In this document: positions 28,286 to 38,001 of the stretch, piece by piece | Position numbering within the stretch: the first letter of the stretch is position 1 | Layout of the letters: every line of letters begins with the position of its first letter | From: Escherichia phage nithesis | Sequence record: PV252060.1 | Length of the DNA: 64,000 nucleotides | Direction: 5' to 3' (one strand) | Notes under the pieces: generated by a model | Told to the model about the DNA's origin: nothing | Database searches by the model: none | The model's input: the letters and a program-made list of their open reading frames with translations, nothing else | Made by a program: the position numbers and the translations under genes

Positions 28286-28765
28286 TTAACTACGTTTAAG
28301 GCCAGCGAACAGTGAAGGCTTAGTAGCAGGTTTCTCTGCTGGTTCTTCAGCCTTAGTCTCTTCCTGCACAACTTCTTCTTGTGCTTCTGGTTCAGCTACT
28401 GCTTCTTCTTCAGGTTCCGGCGTAGAACTCTCGTTCTGACCACCAACTGAGGTCGGGGCATCTACTTTCGGTCCCAGAGGTGCTCCCTCCTTTACAGATT
28501 CGGTAACAACTTGCTCACCAACCTCAGGTTCTGGAGTTGAGTCAACAGGACGATGTTTGGCTTCTTGTGGATTCTTACGAGAACGACGAGTTTTTTTCTC
28601 TACTCCCACGGGTGGAGTATCTTCGTGAACCTCTTCGTTGATACCAACGGAGGCTGTGCCATCTGCATTGATGACAATACTAATGTCACCAGCAAGATTG
28701 ATTTGATCATCGACATATGCCTGTACAGCAGCTTCTACTTCGGACTGGTTCAAAATGATTTGCAT
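28286..28765 (-). CDS. hypothetical acidic Pro/Glu-rich protein
   Basis: 159-aa ORF; low-complexity acidic C-terminal half. Confidence 0.4.
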   Translation of the reverse strand: MQIILNQSEVEAAVQAYVDDQINLAGDISIVINADGTASVGINEEVHEDTPPVGVEKKTRRSRKNPQEAKHRPVDSTPEPEVGEQVVTESVKEGAPLGPKVDAPTSVGGQNESSTPEPEEEAVAEPEAQEEVVQEETKAEEPAEKPATKPSLFAGLKRS

Positions 28766-28766
28766 A

Positions 28767-29321
28767 TTACGCCTTTATTAATTTAATGAGGTTCTGGAAA
28801 GCTGGGAGATTTACACCAGCATGGATTGCACCGATTGCATCTGCTAAGTGCTCATTCTTATTCAGAAGTTTGCCTTTCTTATCAGTGAGCCAGTTGGCTT
28901 CAGGATAAATGGCATGAGCAGCACGAATCATCGTGTCCTTAGATGCTGTTTTATCACCGACCAGTGCAAGTTTGTTTTCAATTGGGGATACTTCAAAGAT
29001 TGGACAACCCAATGCACGAAATGCACCAATTAATCCTACGCATACTCCATAGGATTTCATACCGTTAGCAGACTGAGAGCCTACTGGTACTTCTACGAAT
29101 ACTGCTTTAGCAGATCGTAACCATTCCTCACAACCAAGAAACAAATCGTGAGCGGCTTGTATATCTTTGGAGTTGGTTCGAACTTGTTTGTTGTGGTCAA
29201 CTTCAGTTTGAACCAGTTTAAGTTCGACCTGCTCGAAAACGCCGGACTCAATGTCCAGCATCCCACGAGCTAAACCCCAATTGCGGAGACTAATGTCTGC
29301 ACCGACAATTGGGATTTTCAT
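28767..29321 (-). CDS. RuvC-like Holliday junction resolvase
   Basis: N-terminal IVGADIS, central FVEVPV and C-terminal EHLADAIGAIHAG resemble RuvC-family catalytic motifs; start overlaps SSB stop by 1 nt. Confidence 0.5.
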   Translation of the reverse strand: MKIPIVGADISLRNWGLARGMLDIESGVFEQVELKLVQTEVDHNKQVRTNSKDIQAAHDLFLGCEEWLRSAKAVFVEVPVGSQSANGMKSYGVCVGLIGAFRALGCPIFEVSPIENKLALVGDKTASKDTMIRAAHAIYPEANWLTDKKGKLLNKNEHLADAIGAIHAGVNLPAFQNLIKLIKA

Positions 29322-30124
29322 TAACGTTTACCGAACAGTGATTTACCACCAGCAGGAGTAGTACCCGTGCCAGCACCTGCACCTGGTTTAGGAGGCAAGC
29401 CACCTTTACCATTACCACCAGCAGAACTCTTAGTTTTGTCACGAGTTTTGCCTTTGTTCTTTTCCAGCCATGCTGCATAGAATACAGCCAGTTCTGGGGT
29501 CAGTTCTTTCTCAGCCTTCTCTGCTTCCTGAGCCTCGACGACTGTGACCAGCAGTTCCGGGTGAAACACCTTCTGAATCTCATTTACTTCACGAGTTTCA
29601 CCGGAGTCAACGTAACCGTTGTCACCTTTAACCTGCTTGGATTCCAGAACTTTTTCCAGAGCGAAGGTAACAGTCTGACCTACCAGGTCAACTGGAACCA
29701 TGACAGACTTATTAACTTCTGCTTTAGCATCGAAGTCATAGACTTTGACAATCTTCTCTTCGAAATCAGCTTCAGGCAGTTCAGTACCGGTAGCCATCAG
29801 CATCATGTCGTTAATGACGGTATAGCCAGGCAAGAAGTATTCTTTACCGTTCTTCTCGTAAGTCGGTTTATTACCTTTAGCATTACCAGAAGTGAAGTAC
29901 ACCTGAGCACGGAACTCACCGGCAGGTACGCCATCAGAGTTTTTCAGGTCTTCAACGATTAACTGCATCCAGTCTGCACCAGAGTCAGCTTTACCTACGT
30001 AAGCTACTTTTACAGTACCAGTGTAGATATCGGATTCTTTTGCACCGAAGCCACCACCACCCAGGGAGTCTTTTACAGCTTCAACGTTTTTGGTTTTTTC
30101 TTTCAGATTACTGAACAATGACAT
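29321..30124 (-). CDS. single-stranded DNA-binding protein (N4 gp45-like) candidate
   Basis: 267 aa, Gly-rich N-terminus and Gly/Pro/Lys-rich C-terminal tail; position between primase/ATPase and resolvase as in N4. Confidence 0.45.
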   Translation of the reverse strand: MSLFSNLKEKTKNVEAVKDSLGGGGFGAKESDIYTGTVKVAYVGKADSGADWMQLIVEDLKNSDGVPAGEFRAQVYFTSGNAKGNKPTYEKNGKEYFLPGYTVINDMMLMATGTELPEADFEEKIVKVYDFDAKAEVNKSVMVPVDLVGQTVTFALEKVLESKQVKGDNGYVDSGETREVNEIQKVFHPELLVTVVEAQEAEKAEKELTPELAVFYAAWLEKNKGKTRDKTKSSAGGNGKGGLPPKPGAGAGTGTTPAGGKSLFGKR

Positions 30125-30163
30125 ATGATTTTCCTAATAAGTGATTAACAACCAGGCAAACGC

Positions 30164-30916
30164 TTAAGCGTAATATTCAGCCAGATGGTCTAAGAGTTTC
30201 TGGGCATCATTATCAATGTAAGTCTCGGACTTATCGAACATACCCATTGGGGAACGAAGTCGTTTACCAACAGACTTCTTGGTTGGACGGGTCTGGAATA
30301 CGTGCTTATACCCTAAGTCACGTTCTTCTTCCGTAATTTCTAACATCTTGTTCCCATACTTCTCCAGTTCTTTGATGTCTACACGTTCTGCGTAAACCAC
30401 TGTAGAGAAGTAGGCTTCAAGCCCGTTATTCTTAAGAGAGCCTTTCACTGGGATGAACGTTTTCATCACACCGGCAGCTTCATCAAGTTCGTCTTTAGCA
30501 TGAGCAGTAATAATTACTGGCTTACCAAACTTAACGACTTTTTGTTGCAGCAGTATCTTAAAGAACTGTGCAAAATCTCCCCATGCTTTCTGCGTGTTTG
30601 CAGATGGCAGAACATACTGGGATTCCAGCATATCCATCATGAAGGTTGCTGAGTCAATGATGATGCCATCAACATCGTCTGCCATTTCTCCACCAGGAGA
30701 TGCAACATCAAATGCTTCCCAGATTTGATAAGGGTCTTCAATGTTGTAGGTATTGAACTTATTACGGAAAGGCAGACGTTTACCTGCTTCAGTATTCAGA
30801 TAGAGCCAGCGTTCCTGGTTCCTGATGTTACGTAGTGATGCTGATTTACCACTTGCTGAGAAACCTGCAATCAGGATTAGCTGAGTGTTCATATCATTGG
30901 GAATTACTTCGGACAT
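30164..30916 (-). CDS. P-loop ATPase (RecA/Sak4-like replication or recombination helper candidate)
   Basis: Walker A GFSASGKS at N-terminus; 250 aa. Confidence 0.55.
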   Translation of the reverse strand: MSEVIPNDMNTQLILIAGFSASGKSASLRNIRNQERWLYLNTEAGKRLPFRNKFNTYNIEDPYQIWEAFDVASPGGEMADDVDGIIIDSATFMMDMLESQYVLPSANTQKAWGDFAQFFKILLQQKVVKFGKPVIITAHAKDELDEAAGVMKTFIPVKGSLKNNGLEAYFSTVVYAERVDIKELEKYGNKMLEITEEERDLGYKHVFQTRPTKKSVGKRLRSPMGMFDKSETYIDNDAQKLLDHLAEYYA

Positions 30917-30972
30917 TATTTTTCCTCATTTAATTTAGGAGTCCTTCAAACCAAAGAAAGACTCCTGTTTGC

Positions 30973-33126
30973 TTACTTGCCAGCGAAGCGTTTAGCCACG
31001 GTGACCATTACGGTTGCATTCAATTCATCATCTGGTAATGGATTAGCCAGCTTCTTATTGAATGAGTGGACGGCTTGCTGTACTTGGGCAAAATCCCAAC
31101 CACTGTCAACCAATGCCAGTGCGTACTTAATCATTTGATTATTACGATTACCGGTAGCAATACGACTAGCGAACCAACGCTCCAGATTATCCAACGACTG
31201 TACTTCCTTCATCTGGTTCTGGAACTGCTCGTTCTTACTAGTACGAGGAATAAAGTCACGCACGTCCAACAGATTTGCTTCAAGATTGTAATGATAGGAA
31301 CCAGTCTCACAGGACATCCATTTCTTGGCTCGCTGGTTAGCAGATTCATCCGTTTCGAACGGTAGCCAAGACATAACGTTATTCATGAACTCTTTGTACT
31401 CCTCGGTATCGAGGTGTAACTCATAGTTCATTGGAATAATCAATCGGAATCGGTTCTCTTCATCGGAATGACGCTTAGTGGTATAGGTCATGAACTTATA
31501 TTCCTTCATTAGTTCATGGCACGTATGCAGTGGTACTCCACCATCACAGTCAATAACAATCATGTTAAATCCTGGAATAACGTTCTCTTCAGAACGATGC
31601 CCATTCTTCATGTGATGGTTTACCCAGTGCATACCTGGAGCTTGGGTTAATACATGCAACTGATCGAACGGTACACGCTCACCAATGTAGTCATAAGCAA
31701 AGCTATCACTATATGCCACTATCATCTCATTGATGTCAGTCTCTTTCAGAGTCTCACCACGGAAGAACTCAATACCTTCATTGAAGGTTTTCTTAATGAT
31801 GATGTGCTGTTTGTAGCCCCATGCTGTAGCAAGAGTCATCATCTCATTACGGGCTGCATTGCCACTCTTATAGAAAGGCAATGACTCCAGTAAGTCAGCA
31901 TGTGTCACTTCTTTACCTACAGAGGCAATGTACTTAGCCAGCTTCACATAGGCTTTCTCACGATTGAGAATACCCTGGAATGCTGCCCCGGATTCCTCTA
32001 CAAGCAGAATTGCTTGTTTGAGGTGAGACATCTCAATGAATGAACTCTGGTCAATAAACGCCAGTGCTCCAGCCAGTTTAAGTGCTTTGAAGTAACGGTG
32101 GGAGATTTCAGCTTTACGAATTTCTTCGTGGTCAGCCATAGCTTCTGCTTGTTTCTCACAATCAATCTTGTAAGTAATCAGAGCAATTCCCACAGCATCT
32201 TCCACAACCATCTTAAAGCCGAACAAGTTTGGATCAGCCAGACTATGGAAGTGGTTAGCCCATTTGCCAAGAGACTGTACGTTATCCTGCTTAATCAGGT
32301 TACGGTAGATTTCTTCTGGAGACATTGTTGCATGTGCTCGTTTGTCTAAATGCCCAATAGCAAACAGACAACGACGTGCATACCCTGTATCAAGGAAGTC
32401 ATAGAACTGGTCTTCGGTCTGACCACCATCTAATAGCTTACTTGGTGTACCAAATAGCAACAGGTTAGCTGGAGTTTTACCATCCAGTTCTTCACCACGA
32501 ACACTTTCAGCAGTGTTCTTGGTTAGCTTCTGCTTAACCTTACCCTGGTCATATAACTCCAGGAACAGGGTTAATACATCAGTGTTAGCCAACAGGTTTG
32601 AACCAATCTCATCAATCTGAAGGTTGATTGAACCACACCCAGCCATTAACAGTTTATGTCGTAGCTGTTTAACTGCTGGTGGAGTACCAGAGTCAAACGT
32701 AAACGGATATGCTCCAGCACGTTTATATTCTGCTTCAACTTTATCAAACTCATCATTCTGGTCTGTACCTTGTCGAGCAGCACGTTCGTTAGCAATCTTC
32801 CATAAACGGTCATTTGCAATGACGGGCATGGTGTCTTCCATAAAGCGTTTACGGAAGCCAGTCATGAACCCGTCTTCAATAATATTTACCGAGTGACCTT
32901 TACCGAAGCCAGACGTTGCTAATGCCATAGCGTAAATGTTGACTGGTAAGTCACCACGGTCTTTAGTGACAATGGTTGCACCCATGCAGGATGCCATTTT
33001 AGCCAGGAAGTAGGCTACTTCGACACGGAAGAATCCTCTGTCGTTGTTTTGTGTCTTGTTACACAGCACGTCTACAATTTCTTCAATTGCAGGGTGGTGA
33101 GTGACTCCGGTCAGGTCAATACTCAT
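30973..33126 (-). CDS. DNA primase candidate (archaeo-eukaryotic primase-like C-terminal domain)
   Basis: IVIDCDGG DxD-type motif; size and position as N4 primase; ATG at 33126 gives ATGA overlap with upstream stop (33183 start is alternative). Confidence 0.5.
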   Translation of the reverse strand: MSIDLTGVTHHPAIEEIVDVLCNKTQNNDRGFFRVEVAYFLAKMASCMGATIVTKDRGDLPVNIYAMALATSGFGKGHSVNIIEDGFMTGFRKRFMEDTMPVIANDRLWKIANERAARQGTDQNDEFDKVEAEYKRAGAYPFTFDSGTPPAVKQLRHKLLMAGCGSINLQIDEIGSNLLANTDVLTLFLELYDQGKVKQKLTKNTAESVRGEELDGKTPANLLLFGTPSKLLDGGQTEDQFYDFLDTGYARRCLFAIGHLDKRAHATMSPEEIYRNLIKQDNVQSLGKWANHFHSLADPNLFGFKMVVEDAVGIALITYKIDCEKQAEAMADHEEIRKAEISHRYFKALKLAGALAFIDQSSFIEMSHLKQAILLVEESGAAFQGILNREKAYVKLAKYIASVGKEVTHADLLESLPFYKSGNAARNEMMTLATAWGYKQHIIIKKTFNEGIEFFRGETLKETDINEMIVAYSDSFAYDYIGERVPFDQLHVLTQAPGMHWVNHHMKNGHRSEENVIPGFNMIVIDCDGGVPLHTCHELMKEYKFMTYTTKRHSDEENRFRLIIPMNYELHLDTEEYKEFMNNVMSWLPFETDESANQRAKKWMSCETGSYHYNLEANLLDVRDFIPRTSKNEQFQNQMKEVQSLDNLERWFASRIATGNRNNQMIKYALALVDSGWDFAQVQQAVHSFNKKLANPLPDDELNATVMVTVAKRFAGK

Positions 33127-34103
33127 GATGGAAAATATCTCTCTCTTTGTTTGCAAATGGACGCGACAGGGCAGTATAGACAACGCTTAACCTGCCCCTC
33201 CACGACCTTGATAGCACCCTTGCCACCTTTTTCAGCCATGAAGATACGAGCAGATGCCATATCGTCAAAGTTTTTGGTACTTCTGGCTCCAGGTACATCT
33301 ACCTTAGAAGCATCAGAGAAGTATTTGAACTGTGGCTCTGTTCGCCACAACTCTTCATCAGTACATTCAGGAATTTCCTCTTCAGGAGCATTCCAGTACT
33401 TCTCAATAAGGTGAATCTTCTCTTCTACCCAACGTTCAGTCTTCTCGACAGATAGCAACGGAATATCCTTATGCATAATACGATTAGCAGGATAGTTCGG
33501 ATTGCTATTAGCCATATGCTTCATGAAGTCAGTGAAGATGTAGTTAATACGAATTACATCCTCGGTAATGATGTCGTTGTGAATCCAACGGTACAAGCTG
33601 CCTTGCATCTTGTGTTCATCATCACGGGAACCAGCAACCCAGGAATAGGTTGAGGTAGACTTAAAGTCCTGCAACAGACCTTCTGTTACGATGTCGAACT
33701 TACCACCAATAGTCCAACCCTTAACTACCCTGGTTCCACGCTGTTCAATGTAGATTGGGATAAGGTCAGGGTTAGCATCAAAGTCTGCTTTGGTTGGGTT
33801 AATGACTACTGCATCAATTACTCGCTGAGGATAACCCAGTTTCTTCAATGCAGTTTTATGACCCAGCTTCCAGGCTTTCTCAATAGAATCATGTAAACCA
33901 GTACCCATTGATGTGGAGACGAAATCCATAACATCAATTGACTGGTCACTAAGATCTACACGATGTTTCATGACGATTTGCTTAATAGGCTTAAGCAATG
34001 TAGTAACAGACAAATACTTAGGATTGTCTACGTAATCATACTCGTCATGTAATAGCCATACAGCCAGGGCCAGTGAGACATCATGGTTGTTGGTTATCTT
34101 CAT
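33123..34103 (-). CDS. PD-(D/E)xK-type nuclease with C-terminal Cys cluster (RecB/Cas4-like) candidate
   Basis: 326 aa; C-terminal CLYCPVASIC cysteine cluster; replication-module context. Confidence 0.4.
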   Translation of the reverse strand: MKITNNHDVSLALAVWLLHDEYDYVDNPKYLSVTTLLKPIKQIVMKHRVDLSDQSIDVMDFVSTSMGTGLHDSIEKAWKLGHKTALKKLGYPQRVIDAVVINPTKADFDANPDLIPIYIEQRGTRVVKGWTIGGKFDIVTEGLLQDFKSTSTYSWVAGSRDDEHKMQGSLYRWIHNDIITEDVIRINYIFTDFMKHMANSNPNYPANRIMHKDIPLLSVEKTERWVEEKIHLIEKYWNAPEEEIPECTDEELWRTEPQFKYFSDASKVDVPGARSTKNFDDMASARIFMAEKGGKGAIKVVEGQVKRCLYCPVASICKQRERYFPS

Positions 34104-34570
34104 CAGTAGGTAATCCTGTATTTATGCACCTGGTTCCAGCGAATACCCTCTACCTCATCGAAGTTATAGCTGACTATATTATCTAGCTCACCTTTGTACG
34201 CTACCTCAATGAACTGAAAGTTTGTTGTTATATAAGGCTTCCCATTTCCTGGGTAATGCCAGCATCTCCCAATAGCAGTGGTATCTGTGGCAGGAAATTC
34301 ATCTACTAACTTCTCCTTAGTAAGAATACGATTAGCGTAATGAACTAGCTTTTCAGCGTCATATACTGAAGTGTTTCCTGGTTTACCATTACCCATACGG
34401 GCAGCAGCATTTCGCCATAGAGCTTTAAAGGCACAACCTTCATCGAAGGTCATGCCCAGTGCTTGGATAATATCCTCACACTCCGCTTGATATGGCTCTT
34501 GCTCTTTCCGTTGAGGGTGCTTAACCAGTACTACATACCAGTTATTCAATCCACCGGAGAGCTTAGCCAT
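34103..34570 (-). CDS. hypothetical protein (DUF3310-like candidate)
   Basis: CAFKALWRNAAARMGNGKPGNTSVYDAEKLVHYANRIL resembles the DUF3310 core as I recall it. Confidence 0.3.
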   Translation of the reverse strand: MAKLSGGLNNWYVVLVKHPQRKEQEPYQAECEDIIQALGMTFDEGCAFKALWRNAAARMGNGKPGNTSVYDAEKLVHYANRILTKEKLVDEFPATDTTAIGRCWHYPGNGKPYITTNFQFIEVAYKGELDNIVSYNFDEVEGIRWNQVHKYRITY

Positions 34571-34875
34571 TACTTCTCCTTAGGAATCATGTTTGCCTGG
34601 AACTCTGGTTCAGACATCAGACCCAGGTTGCTAAGAGACAGGTAAACAATGTCTTTCAAGTCAACTGAGGTATCGAAGCGTTGGTCCAGACTAATTTTCA
34701 GGGAGTGATTGGCACGGGCCAAATCTTTATAGGTCACATAAGGTTCATCAGTGAGCAACATTGTGTTCATGGTAAGCAGGGAACCATCATCCACTTTAGG
34801 AAGCTGGAAGACTACCTGTGCTGCTACCATCCAATGATATTTTCTGACTACGGTTTCTTTAGTACTTTTGGTCAT
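34570..34875 (-). CDS. hypothetical protein
   Basis: 101-aa ORF overlapping neighbours by ATGA-type junctions. Confidence 0.35.
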   Translation of the reverse strand: MTKSTKETVVRKYHWMVAAQVVFQLPKVDDGSLLTMNTMLLTDEPYVTYKDLARANHSLKISLDQRFDTSVDLKDIVYLSLSNLGLMSEPEFQANMIPKEK

Positions 34876-37451
34876 GCGAATGCCTTTTGAATTATTTGAT
34901 GAACTTCTTCTGGGGTAGCGTGATTTGGAATTTCAATCTCGTTAGCCCACGTTGGGTAGAACAAGGATAGTTCCCCACCCAAACCAACCTCTGGGTGAGC
35001 AATATCAGGATGGTCTTGCCAGTTAACGGCCTCAACCAGATGCTTGTTCGTGAACTGCAAGGTATCCATGTTGTCACGAATCATGAAGTACTGAGCATCA
35101 TGAATGTGAATACTAGGACGTATATCTAACCTGAACTCACTGGCTCTGACTTTACGCATAAATTCTGAACCAGCACGGTTATTTAGTAGACACCAGCTTT
35201 GCCCTAAAGCATTACCAGCAGTTCTACCTTCTGCTTCTGCTTCATACGGAGTCTTACATGTCCCACGTAAAACCTGAGCCAGTAAAGGAGTACGCACTCT
35301 CAAACCGAATGCGGCAGTAACATAACCAGTTTTGGCAGCCTCGTCTAGTTTAGCCTGAACCCACTGGTCGCTAACTACATAGAGATCGTGATAACGTTTC
35401 TCTGTAGTCTTAGCCTTCTCTTCAGAGAAGCCACAGTTTTTCATTAAGCCCATATAAGTACCACCATAGGTAAGCAAGAAGGTTGGAGCCTTCGAGTCAC
35501 TACGCAATGATTTGTACTTATGCTGAATGGAGTTAATGGATTCTACAGTATCTACTATGTCTGGCATCTGCTCACCAAAGTAAGCATATGCACGGAGACT
35601 GTGACCATCATAGCCATCGGTATACACCTTGAGCTTCTGTGGGTCTTTAGTAGTCAGTGCAGATATTCTGTCTTCCAGCGAGGCGAAATCCAAGCCGCAA
35701 AATATCCAGCCTGGAGGAGCTTCGAAGCATTTCTTAATCTTCTTGGCATATTTAGAGCCGGATGGAATTGTTTGTAGATTTGGCTCTGAAGCCGATAACC
35801 TACCGGAGACTGTGCCTCCCAGATTGAGGTTACCGAACAGGTAGTGCCAGCCGTCCGGTCCCGGTTGGGCATTCCGGAAAGCTGGTATAAAGCTAGTGAT
35901 AATCTTATCCACGAGCTTATAGTCGATAAGTGCATTGAGCAGTTCCTTAACATCTTCACTCTGCGTATGTGTACGCAGTGCTTTAATAGTGTCACCGTCA
36001 GTAGCAGGTTGCTTGCTCTTGGTAAGACCAAGAACCGGTAAGCCAATATAATCAAATAACAGTTTTTGTAATTGTGGACCGGAGTTAGGATTAAACTCGA
36101 TGTCACAATCAGCAAGTGTTACTTGTTTCTTCTTCAGCTTAGCATTCTTATCGTCTACCCATTCCTGACGGAGCATCAGGGTGAAGTTCTTCATGAGCTT
36201 AGACTCACGAATAGTTTTCAGAGCCTGGTTCCTGTCAGTTTCCATCTCCTTAGCTACCTGGTTAACGGTATCCATATTCATGGGCATACCGGTTAACTGC
36301 ATCTGGATGATGTCTTCACAAGCTGGTTTAAAGATGTTGTTGTAAACATCTAGTTGGTCATCTGCAATGAGAGTATCCCAGTGCTTCTCATAGGTGTACC
36401 AGGTACACAAACCATCAATGAGGTTGTAGCGTAACAGTTGCTCATTAGGTATAAGACGGATGTCTTTAATATCATCCTGAGCATAGTTACCAGCATACTC
36501 CTGAGCCTGGTCTTTCAGACTAAGATGATTACCAGCACAACTATTAGTAGCCAGGTAGGTTATTAACTTAGTACAGTCCCAGTTGCGTAGCATGATCTCC
36601 ATGCCATGCAGTAAGCCTTCCGTATCAATCAGGTTATCCATGAATAACTGATAGATAAGCACATACACGTCATAGCTAATGTTGTGATACATCTGCCGTT
36701 GGGTGTACTTAATGAAGAACTCACGTAGAAGATTTCGAACAATATCATTTCTGTTAATACGACCGTAGGGTGCTTCAGTAGCCCCAGGAATTGGCTCGTA
36801 GTCCACATTAAAGGCTATGCCTTGCGTCTTACTCCAACAGAATGTAATTGTTCCTATACCGGCGTTATAGTGCTTTAAACCGAATGCTTCGATGTCTATA
36901 GCCAGTGGCTTATTCATCTCAAGCAGTTGGTCTAACCAGGCTTTAATCTTCTCTGGAGTATCCGGGTAGGCTTCAAACTCAATGATTCCCTGACCTGGTT
37001 CAGCATATTGCCCACGTATGTGGTTAAGTAATGCATCCATACCCTGAGCAATCTTGGACTTCACTACAGGTGGGTCATAAAATACCTGCCTGTAGCTAGG
37101 TGCATAGATAACCTTCTGCTTACCCCATACTGAGTCACAAACATAGCCGAGGTTGGCCTCTGCTTTAGCCTCTTTAGTCAGTATTTTGAAGTAATCGGAA
37201 TCGGTACAGATAATGTACTGAGTCTCTGCATCATCCAGTACTTGTTGTAGTTCCTGCTGTATGAACTCCTTAATCTCCCTTGCGGGAGTCTTCTTCTTGC
37301 CAGGGGCAGAATGAAGTTCAATGAAGATGAAATCTTCCATGCTTAGGTCATTAGGCAGCAGGTAGGTTTTAATCATCTCCTCCCTTCGGATTTGATGACC
37401 GAGGATAGCAATAGGATACTTACCCGTATCTTGAGAGGTGATGTAACGCAT
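34872..37451 (-). CDS. DNA polymerase, family A, with 3'-5' exonuclease domain
   Basis: Exo I DIEAFGL; motif A GLDFASLEDR; motif B RSDSKAPTFLLTYG; motif C IHIHDAQ; 859 aa. Confidence 0.85.
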   Translation of the reverse strand: MRYITSQDTGKYPIAILGHQIRREEMIKTYLLPNDLSMEDFIFIELHSAPGKKKTPAREIKEFIQQELQQVLDDAETQYIICTDSDYFKILTKEAKAEANLGYVCDSVWGKQKVIYAPSYRQVFYDPPVVKSKIAQGMDALLNHIRGQYAEPGQGIIEFEAYPDTPEKIKAWLDQLLEMNKPLAIDIEAFGLKHYNAGIGTITFCWSKTQGIAFNVDYEPIPGATEAPYGRINRNDIVRNLLREFFIKYTQRQMYHNISYDVYVLIYQLFMDNLIDTEGLLHGMEIMLRNWDCTKLITYLATNSCAGNHLSLKDQAQEYAGNYAQDDIKDIRLIPNEQLLRYNLIDGLCTWYTYEKHWDTLIADDQLDVYNNIFKPACEDIIQMQLTGMPMNMDTVNQVAKEMETDRNQALKTIRESKLMKNFTLMLRQEWVDDKNAKLKKKQVTLADCDIEFNPNSGPQLQKLLFDYIGLPVLGLTKSKQPATDGDTIKALRTHTQSEDVKELLNALIDYKLVDKIITSFIPAFRNAQPGPDGWHYLFGNLNLGGTVSGRLSASEPNLQTIPSGSKYAKKIKKCFEAPPGWIFCGLDFASLEDRISALTTKDPQKLKVYTDGYDGHSLRAYAYFGEQMPDIVDTVESINSIQHKYKSLRSDSKAPTFLLTYGGTYMGLMKNCGFSEEKAKTTEKRYHDLYVVSDQWVQAKLDEAAKTGYVTAAFGLRVRTPLLAQVLRGTCKTPYEAEAEGRTAGNALGQSWCLLNNRAGSEFMRKVRASEFRLDIRPSIHIHDAQYFMIRDNMDTLQFTNKHLVEAVNWQDHPDIAHPEVGLGGELSLFYPTWANEIEIPNHATPEEVHQIIQKAFA

Positions 37452-37460
37452 AGCTTTACC

Positions 37461-37991
37461 TTAGAAAATCAGATGGGAAGCTGCATAGTACTCAATAGAA
37501 GGCAGAATCTTCTCATACTGTTTGATTGCCATAGCATCACCAGCAAGTGTCCAGGCTGCTTCACGAGTACGTGGCAGTTCCTTGTACTTGCCAGTCTGGT
37601 CCTGGGCTACCAGGCATTCAGGCAAAGCATCACGTACATCCTGATAAGACATACAACCACGAACCAGACGATATACAGTCTGGTTCACAAGGTGTACTTC
37701 CATAATCAGACGACTGGAGGCTTTCAGATACTTGTCCATTGCAGGCCATAGTTCTGGATTAAGTGTTAATCGTTCACCGTAGGTTGGAGGTCTGGCAGCA
37801 TTAGAACGCTGATAGAACTCTCCCTGATAAAGGAATCCAGCCGATACATCAATACCATTGATACGGTCATTCTTATCAATGATACCGTTTAACACACTAT
37901 CAAGACGAACCAGTTCTGCTAAGAACAGGTGTTTGACTATCTCACTGCTATTGGCAACTTGACTAATAGTCGCTGAACCAATCTGAGGCAT
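37461..37991 (-). CDS. hypothetical protein
   Basis: 176-aa ORF between helicase and polymerase. Confidence 0.4.
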   Translation of the reverse strand: MPQIGSATISQVANSSEIVKHLFLAELVRLDSVLNGIIDKNDRINGIDVSAGFLYQGEFYQRSNAARPPTYGERLTLNPELWPAMDKYLKASSRLIMEVHLVNQTVYRLVRGCMSYQDVRDALPECLVAQDQTGKYKELPRTREAAWTLAGDAMAIKQYEKILPSIEYYAASHLIF

Positions 37992-38001
37992 ATACCCTCC
38001 C

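Noticed and set aside
28066-29033. Plus-strand ORFs of 60-133 aa antisense within the replication module
   Set aside because: Each is contained within a longer, motif-supported minus-strand gene.
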